DNA of 64,000 nucleotides from Bacteriovoracia bacterium. Its GTDB lineage: Bacteria > Bdellovibrionota > UBA1018 > JBFWNL01. The translations under genes and the position numbers were made by a program. The DNA is taken from NCBI GenBank assembly GCA_050251055.1, contig JBFWNL010000001.1, positions 363,825 through 427,824 of the forward strand, given 5' to 3'. Numbering within the stretch: the stretch's first letter is position 1; the number at the start of each line of letters is the position of its first letter. The notes below the pieces were generated by a model. The model was given only the letters and a program-made list of their open reading frames with translations. It was not told where the DNA came from and did not search any database. Positions 56,050-64,000 of the stretch are shown here, piece by piece.

Positions 56050-56889
56050 ATGCCTACCCCGAAGCCCTCTCCCGCCCATGACCGTCTGACCCGCGATCTC
56101 GAGAAGACCGCAATCACCGCCGCCCGGGCCGCGGGTGAAGTCCTCATGCGCTACTTCCGCAAAAACCTGCAAGTGCGTGAAAAGCGGGGTGCGGGCCTAG
56201 TGACCCAAGCCGACCTTCAAGCCGAGCGCACGGCGCTAAAAATCCTACTGAAGCAGACTCCCCGCTTCGGCGTGACCGCCGAGGAAAGCGCGAACCGCGA
56301 CTCCAGCCCCGCCGTCAACGAGCCGGAAGGGCGCTGGTACATCGACCCGCTCGATGGCACGACCAACTTCGTGCATGGGTTTCCATTTTTCTGCGTTTCA
56401 ATTGGTGCCGCCATCGAAGGCGAGCTTGCCGTCGGCGTGATCTACCACCCCACCTTCAACGACCTCTACACTGCCCGTCGCGGCCACGGAGCCTTCCTTA
56501 ACGGGAAACGCATTCACGTCTCCCGCACGCGCAAGCTGCACGACTCGCTGCTCACTACCGGCTTCACCTACCGAAAGGACGCATGGCTAAAGAGGGAGAT
56601 GGTCGCCTTTGAGCGCCTCAGTGGAATCGTACGTGCGATTCGACGCCCCGGGAGCGCTGCCTTGGACCTGGCTTACGTCGCCCGCGGCGTTTTCGATGGA
56701 TTCTGGGAGCGCCGCCTCTCCCCTTGGGACGTCGCGGCCGGAGCGTTACTCGTGGAAGAAGCCGGGGGCCGCGTCACCGACTTCCGCGCGCGCGCCTTCC
56801 GTCCCGAACAACCTGAGATCTTGGCTTCGAACTCCGTCCTCCACCGCGCCATGCTACGGGAGATTACGGCGCCCTCACTCCGTCAATAG
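56050..56889 (+). CDS. suhB: Inositol monophosphatase SuhB
   Basis: WYIDPLDGTTNF, RRPGSAALDL and WDVAAG. Confidence 0.92.
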   Translation: MPTPKPSPAHDRLTRDLEKTAITAARAAGEVLMRYFRKNLQVREKRGAGLVTQADLQAERTALKILLKQTPRFGVTAEESANRDSSPAVNEPEGRWYIDPLDGTTNFVHGFPFFCVSIGAAIEGELAVGVIYHPTFNDLYTARRGHGAFLNGKRIHVSRTRKLHDSLLTTGFTYRKDAWLKREMVAFERLSGIVRAIRRPGSAALDLAYVARGVFDGFWERRLSPWDVAAGALLVEEAGGRVTDFRARAFRPEQPEILASNSVLHRAMLREITAPSLRQ

Positions 56890-56913
56890 ATTGCCAACGA
56901 TCGGCATTGGCGG

Positions 56914-56943
56914 TTGACAGGGACGTACCGGCATTTTTAGACT
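56914..56943 (+). promoter_or_regulatory. Sigma70-type promoter
   Basis: TTGACA-N18-TAGACT, about 30 nt before ATG 56975, which has an AAGGAGG SD. Confidence 0.65.
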
Positions 56944-56974
56944 AGTAGATAGGAACCCAAGGAGGGGTACCGGC

Positions 56975-58024
56975 ATGACCCAAGCTGCGAATTCCAATTC
57001 CTGGATCTACGTTTACTCCCAATTTACGAAGGAGCTCATGACCTTTCAGATCCTGGCGATCTGCGTGCTCTGCGCGATTTACGCCGGCTTCTGGATCATC
57101 AAGAAACGCCGGCTCGGCGTGGCGGGAGAGCTCATCCCCTCGGGATTCGTAAAGAACTACCTGAACGTGCTCATCCAAGACGCGAACATGGTTCGCACCC
57201 AGCTATTCGGCCTGCTCGGCGAAGCGGGAGTGGGTGATCTCAGCAAGATCCAAATCAATCTGACCGCGCCCGCGGGCGGGGCCGCCGTGAGCGACCCAAG
57301 CCTTGCCGCGCGACTCGCCGAACTCGAAGGCAAACTCAATACCCAGAACCAAGCGATGTCTGCGCTCGAAGCCCAGAAGAAACAGATCGAAGCCGAACTC
57401 GCCGCCGCGCGGGCCAACGTGGGAAGCGGAGGCGGCGGAGGTGGTGGTGGCGACACGTCTGGCTTGCAGAAAAAAATCAAGGAACTCGAAGCGAAGCTTG
57501 CCGAGTACAGCGTCATTGAAGATGACCTGGCGAACCTGAAGCGCCTGCAGCAGGAAAACGCCCAGCTGAAAGAACAGCTCGCCGGCAAGGGCGGCGCAGC
57601 CCCAGCGGCGCCTACGGCAACCGCGCCTGCGGCGACCGCCACGGGAGCGACTGCGGCGGCGGTGGCCGCAGCCAGTGACGCCGCCGCTCCGGTTGAAACG
57701 ATCAATCTCACGCCCCCAGCCGAGCTTGCGCCTACGCCCGCGCCGGAAAAAACCGATAGCGTGGCCGAGATCGCGAAGGAACCGGCGGCTCCGGCCGCAT
57801 TCGAAGGACTGGTCGATCAGGTGGAGCAGAGCCTAAAAGAACCCACCGCTGTGGCGCCGACCCCGGAACCCGCCCCGGAGGCCGCGGCCGCTCCCGCCGC
57901 GGATCCCGCGGCGGCCGTCGTGGCAAACCCTGAAGCCAAACCCGGAGAAGCCGGCGCTTTGGAGAACGTAGGAAAATCGGATGAAGACCTTCTCTCTGAA
58001 TTTGAAAAAATGCTTAATATGTAA
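56975..58024 (+). CDS. Membrane-anchored coiled-coil protein with Ala/Pro-rich tail
   Basis: N-terminal TM segment; heptad repeats; low-complexity linker; C-terminal EDLLSEFEKML helix. Confidence 0.85.
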   Translation: MTQAANSNSWIYVYSQFTKELMTFQILAICVLCAIYAGFWIIKKRRLGVAGELIPSGFVKNYLNVLIQDANMVRTQLFGLLGEAGVGDLSKIQINLTAPAGGAAVSDPSLAARLAELEGKLNTQNQAMSALEAQKKQIEAELAAARANVGSGGGGGGGGDTSGLQKKIKELEAKLAEYSVIEDDLANLKRLQQENAQLKEQLAGKGGAAPAAPTATAPAATATGATAAAVAAASDAAAPVETINLTPPAELAPTPAPEKTDSVAEIAKEPAAPAAFEGLVDQVEQSLKEPTAVAPTPEPAPEAAAAPAADPAAAVVANPEAKPGEAGALENVGKSDEDLLSEFEKMLNM

Positions 58025-58805
58025 CGTCTCGTTTAACGCCTCATTGGCCGCGGCCCTCCTCTGGATCGCGGCCACGGGCCCCGCGCAGGCCAGCAAGATC
58101 CCCGACTCCGAAGAGCCCATCCACGCGATGCTCGTGCGCGATCTCAAAACCCGCAACGCCGAGTCCTCATTCAAAGACCTCGTCGCCGAGTGGGAATACC
58201 AGTACGGCCCCAAGGCCGTCGCGCCGCTGATCAAGATCTCCTCCGATCAAAAACAAGACGACACCCATCGCTACATCGCGCTGATGGCGGCGGCCCGCCT
58301 GGGCGGTGACGGCGCGGCGCCCCTGATCGAACCCTTCCTCACGGATCGTCTCTGGATGTTGCGCACGGCTGCAATTCGCACCCTCTCGGGTCTGTCCCGT
58401 AATCGCGAAGTTTCGAAGAAAATCGTCCAGGCTCTGCGAGATAAAGCACTCGTCGTGCGCTCCGAGGCCGTCCAGGCGGTCGAGCGTATCTACCCCAAGG
58501 GAGATCGCGAAGCGATCGCCGCGCTGATGGAAACCGTGCGCGACTCCTCGAACTACCACCGCGGCAAGGCGCAGTGGGTGCCACAGAAAGCGGTGGAAGC
58601 CCTCGTCCGACTCGCCGACGGCAAACAAAACCAGCAAATCGCCCGCTCGTTGATGGATTCCCTGGGCCAAGTGAAAGGCTTGAAAGATCCGGCCCTGGAG
58701 AAAAAAGTGCTGCTCGCGCTCACCGATCTCACCGGAAAAAATCTAGCCTCCGGCGCGAGCCTCCCGCAGCAGATGCGGGCTTGGAAGATCGCGCTCGCGA
58801 AATAG
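57981..58805 (+). CDS. Exported HEAT-repeat protein
   Basis: Signal peptide AQA|S; repeats LTDRLWMLRTAAIRTL and LRDKALVVRSEAVQAV; start uncertain. Confidence 0.8.
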   Translation: MKTFSLNLKKCLICNVSFNASLAAALLWIAATGPAQASKIPDSEEPIHAMLVRDLKTRNAESSFKDLVAEWEYQYGPKAVAPLIKISSDQKQDDTHRYIALMAAARLGGDGAAPLIEPFLTDRLWMLRTAAIRTLSGLSRNREVSKKIVQALRDKALVVRSEAVQAVERIYPKGDREAIAALMETVRDSSNYHRGKAQWVPQKAVEALVRLADGKQNQQIARSLMDSLGQVKGLKDPALEKKVLLALTDLTGKNLASGASLPQQMRAWKIALAK

Positions 58806-58820
58806 CGGCTTAAGCTCGGG

Positions 58821-59396
58821 TTATTTCGGCTCGGTCCCGAAGGCCTTCTGGGCACGCTGCTCTTCCAGCGCCGCCAGCTCCATCCGGATCTGGATAATTC
58901 GCCCGATACGATAAAGCAGGGTGTTTTCGTCCACCGAATCGGAAACGACCGGCCGCCAGCCCTCGAGCACATCGCTCTGGACGAGCTGCTCTTTCAGCAC
59001 GGTCACCTTCACGGAGTTCGTGCCGTTGTAGTATCCCTTCGCCACCGTGACCGACACGCGATATTGGGCCTTCAGATAGGCTTTCGAAGGTCCAAAGGAC
59101 TCCACCAAATTACGCACGGCCGTATTATCCACGTATTTCGTGCGGATAAAGCCGGCCTCCCGATCAGTGATCTCGAGCGGGCTGCGCTTGAGCGCATCGA
59201 GCGCGGACTGCCAAGCGACATTGAATTCGGTCAGGAAGATGCGCGAAAAGATTTGTTCGGTGTCACCGCCCACGCTCTTGCGGTAGGCATTCATGCAGCC
59301 CGACATCGACACCGTCACGAAGAGCGCCATCACCCCGCGAGTGACGTTGGCCGCGAACCTTCGGGATGCCTTCGACTGATCCGTCCCACCCTTCAT
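58821..59396 (-). CDS. Lipoprotein, BamC/NlpB-like helix-grip
   Basis: Lipobox MSGC; AWQSALDAL...DREAGFIRT; SDSVDENTLLYRI. Confidence 0.7.
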   Translation of the reverse strand: MKGGTDQSKASRRFAANVTRGVMALFVTVSMSGCMNAYRKSVGGDTEQIFSRIFLTEFNVAWQSALDALKRSPLEITDREAGFIRTKYVDNTAVRNLVESFGPSKAYLKAQYRVSVTVAKGYYNGTNSVKVTVLKEQLVQSDVLEGWRPVVSDSVDENTLLYRIGRIIQIRMELAALEEQRAQKAFGTEPK

Positions 59397-59461
59397 TCGT
59401 CACATTTTCCCTGGATTTGTCGGGACTTGCAAGACAATACCGGGTGTGCCAAAACGAAGGA

Positions 59462-60445
59462 ATGGAGATTTCCAAGGAGATCGAACGGGTGCTCAACCTC
59501 GAGGCGCAAGCCCTTCTGGACTGTGCTCGTCGCTTCACGCAGGAACCCCAACGCGGACAGGTGGAAAAAGCCGTGCGTTGCCTCGAAGAGTCGCTCACGG
59601 GCGGAGGCAAGATCATCCTGACCGGCGTGGGCAAGTCCGGCAAAATCGCGCAAAAGATCGCGGCCACGCTTTCGAGCACGGGTAGCCTCGCCGTCTTCCT
59701 TCATCCCACCGAGGGCTTACACGGAGATTTGGGCGTCGCGCGCGCGGGGGACGTCGTGCTCGCGCTCAGCAACACCGGCAATACGGAAGAAATCCTGCGG
59801 CTACTTCCCAGCTTCCGTCAGCTTCAAATCAAAGTCATCGGATTGGGCGGCAACGCGAAGTCCAAGCTCGCCGAAAAATGCGACCATTGGATCGATGCCG
59901 CCGTTACGCAGGAAGCCTGCCCACATAACCTCGCGCCCACGACCAGCACCACGCTCGCCATGGCCGTGGGCGATGCGATCGCCGTCACGCTGATGCAGCT
60001 GCGGGGTTTTGATGCCGCGGCCTTCGCCCGCACGCATCCTGGCGGGAGCCTCGGGCGCCGCCTGCAGCTGAACGTTTCCGACCTCATGCATACGGGCCCG
60101 CAGGTGGCCACCGTTTCGCCGCAAGCGACCATCGAAGAGGTGCTAGTCCAATCGACGGAGAAAAAACTCGGTGGGGTTCTCGTCGTCGAAGGTGGCAAGC
60201 TCGTGGGCATCGTTACCGACGGAGACATTCGTCGCGCGCTTAAGCATCGCGAAAAATTTTTCGGCCTAAAAGCCACCGATGTCATGACCCGAAATCCCAT
60301 CACCATCACGCCGGAGCGCTCAGCGCTCGACGCCTTGGAGATGATGGAGGGACGCGCGAGCCAAATCAGCGTGCTCCCCGTGGTCGACGAGCAAAAAAAC
60401 TGGAAAGGTCTGATCCGCTTGCACGACGTGGTGGGGAACTCCTGA
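59462..60445 (+). CDS. kdsD: Arabinose-5-phosphate isomerase (KpsF/GutQ family)
   Basis: GVGKSG, HGDLG, EACPHNLAPTTST and HPGGSLG; C-terminal CBS pair. Confidence 0.93.
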   Translation: MEISKEIERVLNLEAQALLDCARRFTQEPQRGQVEKAVRCLEESLTGGGKIILTGVGKSGKIAQKIAATLSSTGSLAVFLHPTEGLHGDLGVARAGDVVLALSNTGNTEEILRLLPSFRQLQIKVIGLGGNAKSKLAEKCDHWIDAAVTQEACPHNLAPTTSTTLAMAVGDAIAVTLMQLRGFDAAAFARTHPGGSLGRRLQLNVSDLMHTGPQVATVSPQATIEEVLVQSTEKKLGGVLVVEGGKLVGIVTDGDIRRALKHREKFFGLKATDVMTRNPITITPERSALDALEMMEGRASQISVLPVVDEQKNWKGLIRLHDVVGNS

Positions 60446-60745
60446 GTGGAAACGTTTTCACGGGTATCGCGAAACGCGGGGTCCACTCGTGAAGATCAGT
60501 GCCCAAAATGCGGAGGCCCGATGTCGCCCCGCCCCATTCGGCCCTATCCCGTGATTTTGCAGACCGTATTCGGTCTCAGCTTCCTCATTTTTTTACTCGG
60601 GTTCGACCAGCTCCAAGGGAACTCGGCGCTCGTATGGACATGGAGCCTTTTCCAACTCGTTTTAGGCGGGTTTTTAGTGCGCGGAAGAATGTTGGCAAAA
60701 AGGCGAGTTTATCGTTGCGTGCGCTGCAATGCTGCCCTACGATAG
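60446..60745 (+). CDS. Small membrane protein with split zinc ribbon
   Basis: CPKC and CVRC flanking two TM helices. Confidence 0.7.
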   Translation: METFSRVSRNAGSTREDQCPKCGGPMSPRPIRPYPVILQTVFGLSFLIFLLGFDQLQGNSALVWTWSLFQLVLGGFLVRGRMLAKRRVYRCVRCNAALR

Positions 60746-60805
60746 TACGGTCTCTCAAGTACTCTGAAATGATAACGAATTCTTGGGCTACGGAGGCCTC
60801 TCCTC

Positions 60806-61906
60806 ATGTTGAAGTCGAAATCTAATCTTCTGAGCAAGTATATGGTGGCGCTCCCGCTGTTCGCGATCGCCGGCGGTTTGGTCGTTTTTACGGCGTGCAT
60901 GGACAACAACGCCAAGGCGACGCCGAACTTCATTACTAAAGACACCCCTCCCGCCCCGGGCGTCCTGGCCAAGATCAACGGACAAAACATCACGCTGGAA
61001 GAGCTCATCGGCGACGGCGAAGCCAAGCTCACCTACGGCGACCTCAAGAAGCGCGAGCACAAATTCCTCATGGATCGCCTCAACGATGTGATGCGCGACC
61101 GCCTCATCGGCGAGGAAGCGAAAAAAGCCAATCTCCCGCTGGACGAGTATCTGAAGAAGAACGTCTACAAAGGCAAGACGACGGTGAAGAAAGACGAAAT
61201 CATCAAGTTCGTCGAACAGCGCGGCGGCGACAAGTCCCGCCTCAATCCCCAGATCGAGCAACGCATCGAAGAGATGCTCCGCCAGCAAAAAGAGCAAGAT
61301 TTGATGCTCGAATACCTGGCCAAGCTCACGAAAAAGAACCCGGTGGAAGTTTTCTTTAAACGCTACAAGGTCCAGGTGAACGTGGATGCCGGCGAGTCCC
61401 CCACCTGGGGCAACAAGACGGCTCCGGTCAGCATCATCGCCTTCTCCGACTTCCAATGCCCTTATTGCTCGAAGGCCGCCGACACGGTTGATCAAATCCG
61501 CAAGAAGTATCGGGGCAAGGTTAAGATCGCGTTCAAGCACTTCCCGCTCTCTTTCCACAAGGACGCCATGCCGGCGGCGATCGCCTCCATGTGCGTGAAC
61601 GAGCAAAATAGCGACAAGTTCTGGAAATTCCACGACGTGACTTTCAAGAACCAAAGCGCCCTTTCCCCGGCCGACCTCGACAAGTACGCCAAGGAATCGG
61701 GTGCCGACATGGGCAAGTTCAAGGCTTGTATGGACTCGAAGAAGTATGAAGGCCTCGTCAAGAAAGACATGGAATACGGCGACAAGCTCGGCGTGCGCAG
61801 CACCCCGACCTTCTTCGTAAACGGCGAGCTGATCAGCGGCGCGGTTCCGATCGAGGAATTCTCGCAGACGATCGACGACGCCCTGAACGAAGCCAAGGGC
61901 TCGTAG
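60806..61906 (+). CDS. DsbA/thioredoxin-family lipoprotein with helical N-terminal domain
   Basis: Lipobox FTAC; FSDFQCPYC; cis-Pro loop GVRSTPTFFVNG. Confidence 0.93.
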   Translation: MLKSKSNLLSKYMVALPLFAIAGGLVVFTACMDNNAKATPNFITKDTPPAPGVLAKINGQNITLEELIGDGEAKLTYGDLKKREHKFLMDRLNDVMRDRLIGEEAKKANLPLDEYLKKNVYKGKTTVKKDEIIKFVEQRGGDKSRLNPQIEQRIEEMLRQQKEQDLMLEYLAKLTKKNPVEVFFKRYKVQVNVDAGESPTWGNKTAPVSIIAFSDFQCPYCSKAADTVDQIRKKYRGKVKIAFKHFPLSFHKDAMPAAIASMCVNEQNSDKFWKFHDVTFKNQSALSPADLDKYAKESGADMGKFKACMDSKKYEGLVKKDMEYGDKLGVRSTPTFFVNGELISGAVPIEEFSQTIDDALNEAKGS

Positions 61907-61943
61907 TCTCCCAACGCCTTATTTGTGAGACCGGACTTTAACG

Positions 61944-61980
61944 AAATGGGCTTCTCGGCGACGAGAAGCCCATTTTTTTT
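61944..61980 (+). terminator. Rho-independent terminator
   Basis: AAATGGGCTTCTC-GGCGAC-GAGAAGCCCATTT followed by a T run. Confidence 0.88.
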
Positions 61981-61991
61981 GAGATGACTTC

Positions 61992-63395
61992 GTGAACCCA
62001 CTCACCCATGCTTGGATTCATGCCGCGCTCGGATTGCCCTCTTCGGGGGGCTCCCCAACCCCGTTCCCGCGCGTGACCACGGACTCCCGCAAGGTCCAAG
62101 CCGGAGATCTTTTCGTCGCCATTCCCGGCGACGTTTACGATGGACACCAATTTGTCGAGTCCGCGCTCCAGGCGGGCGCGGGCTACGCGCTGGTCAGCCA
62201 TGACTTCACCGCTTCGCCCTACGTCGAGAGCTCGCTCATTCGCGTCCCGCAGAAAATTGGCGGGACAATCGAAGGCTACCGGCGAATCGCGGACCGTTGG
62301 CGGGAGCAGTTTCTGGGGCCCGTGGTGGCGGTCACCGGCAGCGTGGGCAAAACCACGACGAAGGAGCTGCTGGCGGCGATCCTGGCTGGAAAATATTCCC
62401 GGCTGGTAAAAACCGAAGGCAGCCAAAATGGTTTCGTGGGCATCCCGATGACATTGCTCGAACTTCGGCCCGACACCCAGGCCGCCGTAATTGAAGTCGG
62501 CATCGACGAAATCGGGGCCATGCAAAAACACTTGGACCTCGTAAAGCCAACCGCCTGCGTGCTGAGCGCCATCGGTCCAGAGCATCTGGAAAAGCTGCGT
62601 GACCTACCCACGGTTGCCTCCGAAGAGCTGCTTTCCCTCACTTATGTCGCCCGCAAGGGCGGCACCATCGCCGTCAACCGGGATGACGAATGGATCGCAA
62701 GCTGGGAGGCCCCGCCCGGCGCTCCCGGGAAGGAGTGGGATTTTCGTCTCCGCGGAGACGGCGCGCTCGGACCAAAGAGCGTGGTCGGTGGATACGATTT
62801 ATCCACGGGGCAGCTTACGGTTACGGCCCCGGCGGGCAACGGCCGATTCCCTTGCCCTCTGCCCGGCGAACACAACGCCCGCAACTTACTGGGCGCCATC
62901 ACCCTCGCCCTGGGCCTGGGCCTCACCTTCGAGGAAATCACGCGGGGGCTAGCGGGCTTTAAATCCCCTTACGGGCGCACGGAAATTCACGACCGCGCAC
63001 CGAAGCAACGATTCCTGTGCGATTACTACAACGCCAATCCGAGCTCGGTGAGTGCGGCCCTGAAACTGCTCGACGAGCAAGCCCGCCTCGGCGGATTCTC
63101 GCGCAAACTCGCCTGCTTGGGCGACATGCTGGAGCTGGGAGCGGACGAAGAAAAATTCCACCGAGCGCTCGCCGAGGAGATCCGGCGGACTGGCGTGAAC
63201 CAAGTTTTCCTATTTGGGCCTCGCATGAAGTGGCTGGCCGACGAAATTCAAGGTGCCGTACCGACGGAGCATTTCGAACGGCAAGAGGACCTGGCCGATC
63301 GTCTTGGCCAGACCTTAACCGAGGGCGACATCGTGCTCATCAAGGGCTCTCGCGGCATGCGCATGGAGAAAGTATTTAAGCAGGTGTGCCCATGA
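61992..63395 (+). CDS. murF: UDP-MurNAc-tripeptide--D-Ala-D-Ala ligase
   Basis: DSR, VTGSVGKTTTKE, DYYNANP, LGDMLELG and IKGSRGMRME. Confidence 0.95.
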   Translation: MNPLTHAWIHAALGLPSSGGSPTPFPRVTTDSRKVQAGDLFVAIPGDVYDGHQFVESALQAGAGYALVSHDFTASPYVESSLIRVPQKIGGTIEGYRRIADRWREQFLGPVVAVTGSVGKTTTKELLAAILAGKYSRLVKTEGSQNGFVGIPMTLLELRPDTQAAVIEVGIDEIGAMQKHLDLVKPTACVLSAIGPEHLEKLRDLPTVASEELLSLTYVARKGGTIAVNRDDEWIASWEAPPGAPGKEWDFRLRGDGALGPKSVVGGYDLSTGQLTVTAPAGNGRFPCPLPGEHNARNLLGAITLALGLGLTFEEITRGLAGFKSPYGRTEIHDRAPKQRFLCDYYNANPSSVSAALKLLDEQARLGGFSRKLACLGDMLELGADEEKFHRALAEEIRRTGVNQVFLFGPRMKWLADEIQGAVPTEHFERQEDLADRLGQTLTEGDIVLIKGSRGMRMEKVFKQVCP

Positions 63396-64000
63396 GCGCA
63401 TTGAAGATCCTGGCCCCCACTCCCGAACACATCGAACAGGCCGCATTCGCGCTGAAGAGCGGCGCCCTCGTGGGCATGCCCACCGAGACCGTTTACGGGT
63501 TAGCGGGCAACGCGCTCGACGAGGCCGCCGTGGTACGAATCTTCAAGTCGAAAGACCGGCCCCAATTCGACCCGCTGATCGTGCACGTGCCAAAGAATTC
63601 GTCTTTTGCTGAAATGGAACAGGCCGGCTGGGTGCGATGGTCAAGCCTCTCGGCTCCCATGCGCTCGGCGTGTGAGGAGCTTGCCAAGCGCTTCTGGCCT
63701 GGCCCGTTGACCCTGGTCGTTCCCAAAGGGGCGCGCGTGCCCGATCTCGTGACGAGTGGGCTTGAAACCGTGGGCATTCGCATGCCCGCCCACCCCGTGG
63801 CCCAGGCCTTGATTGCCGCGGCGGGCTTCCCACTTGCCGCACCGAGCGCCAATCGCTTTGGTCGGATCAGTCCCACACAGGCGGAGGCGGTGGAGCAGGA
63901 ACTGGGCGATCACGTAGAGTGGATACTGGATGGCGGTCCGTGCGAAGTTGGCGTCGAATCGACGGTCTTGCTTGCTGGCCCCGACGAGAGGTTCACGCTG
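63392..64000 (+). CDS. tsaC: Threonylcarbamoyl-AMP synthase Sua5/TsaC (3' end beyond window)
   Basis: Manual translation from ATG 63392 gives MPTETVYGLAGNA, KDRPQFDPLIVHV, FWPGPLT and APSAN. Confidence 0.93.
   Translation, partial: MSALKILAPTPEHIEQAAFALKSGALVGMPTETVYGLAGNALDEAAVVRIFKSKDRPQFDPLIVHVPKNSSFAEMEQAGWVRWSSLSAPMRSACEELAKRFWPGPLTLVVPKGARVPDLVTSGLETVGIRMPAHPVAQALIAAAGFPLAAPSANRFGRISPTQAEAVEQELGDHVEWILDGGPCEVGVESTVLLAGPDERFTL

Noticed and set aside
1-64000. CRISPR array, rRNA, IS elements or known anti-phage defence operons
   Set aside because: No regularly spaced repeats, rRNA-like tracts, transposase/recombinase motifs or recognisable defence gene sets found by inspection.

Overview
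GC-rich, gene-dense bacterial chromosome segment. The gene content (TIGR02147/DUF4423 protein, many secreted hydrolases and lipoproteins, sigma54 system) suggests Bdellovibrionota/Oligoflexia, which is an inference. Housekeeping genes: pstS-pstC-pstA, a sigma54 two-component system, greB, an Fe3+/thiamine-type ABC transporter, metG, dinB, tRNA-Gln(CUG), gltX, rimP-nusA-infB-rbfA-truB, hflX, suhB, kdsD, a DsbA-family protein, murF and partial sua5/tsaC. Between them lie accessory exported proteins. No CRISPR array, rRNA, integrase or transposase was seen. Most notable observations: (1) a candidate regulon made of a TIGR02147 HTH-like protein, two paralogous Cys-patterned GNP-motif lipoproteins and TGTA-N8/9-TACA palindromes; (2) a DedA protein fused through an internal signal peptide to an outer-membrane beta-barrel; (3) a secreted PD-(D/E)xK-like nuclease/toxin with no adjacent immunity gene; (4) sigma54 promoters before two exported metallopeptidases and a small Asr-like protein; (5) a long inverted repeat that includes the tRNA-Gln 3' end; (6) a tandem pair of unrecognised lipoprotein paralogues after truB. 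All family assignments are by motif recognition, not database searches.
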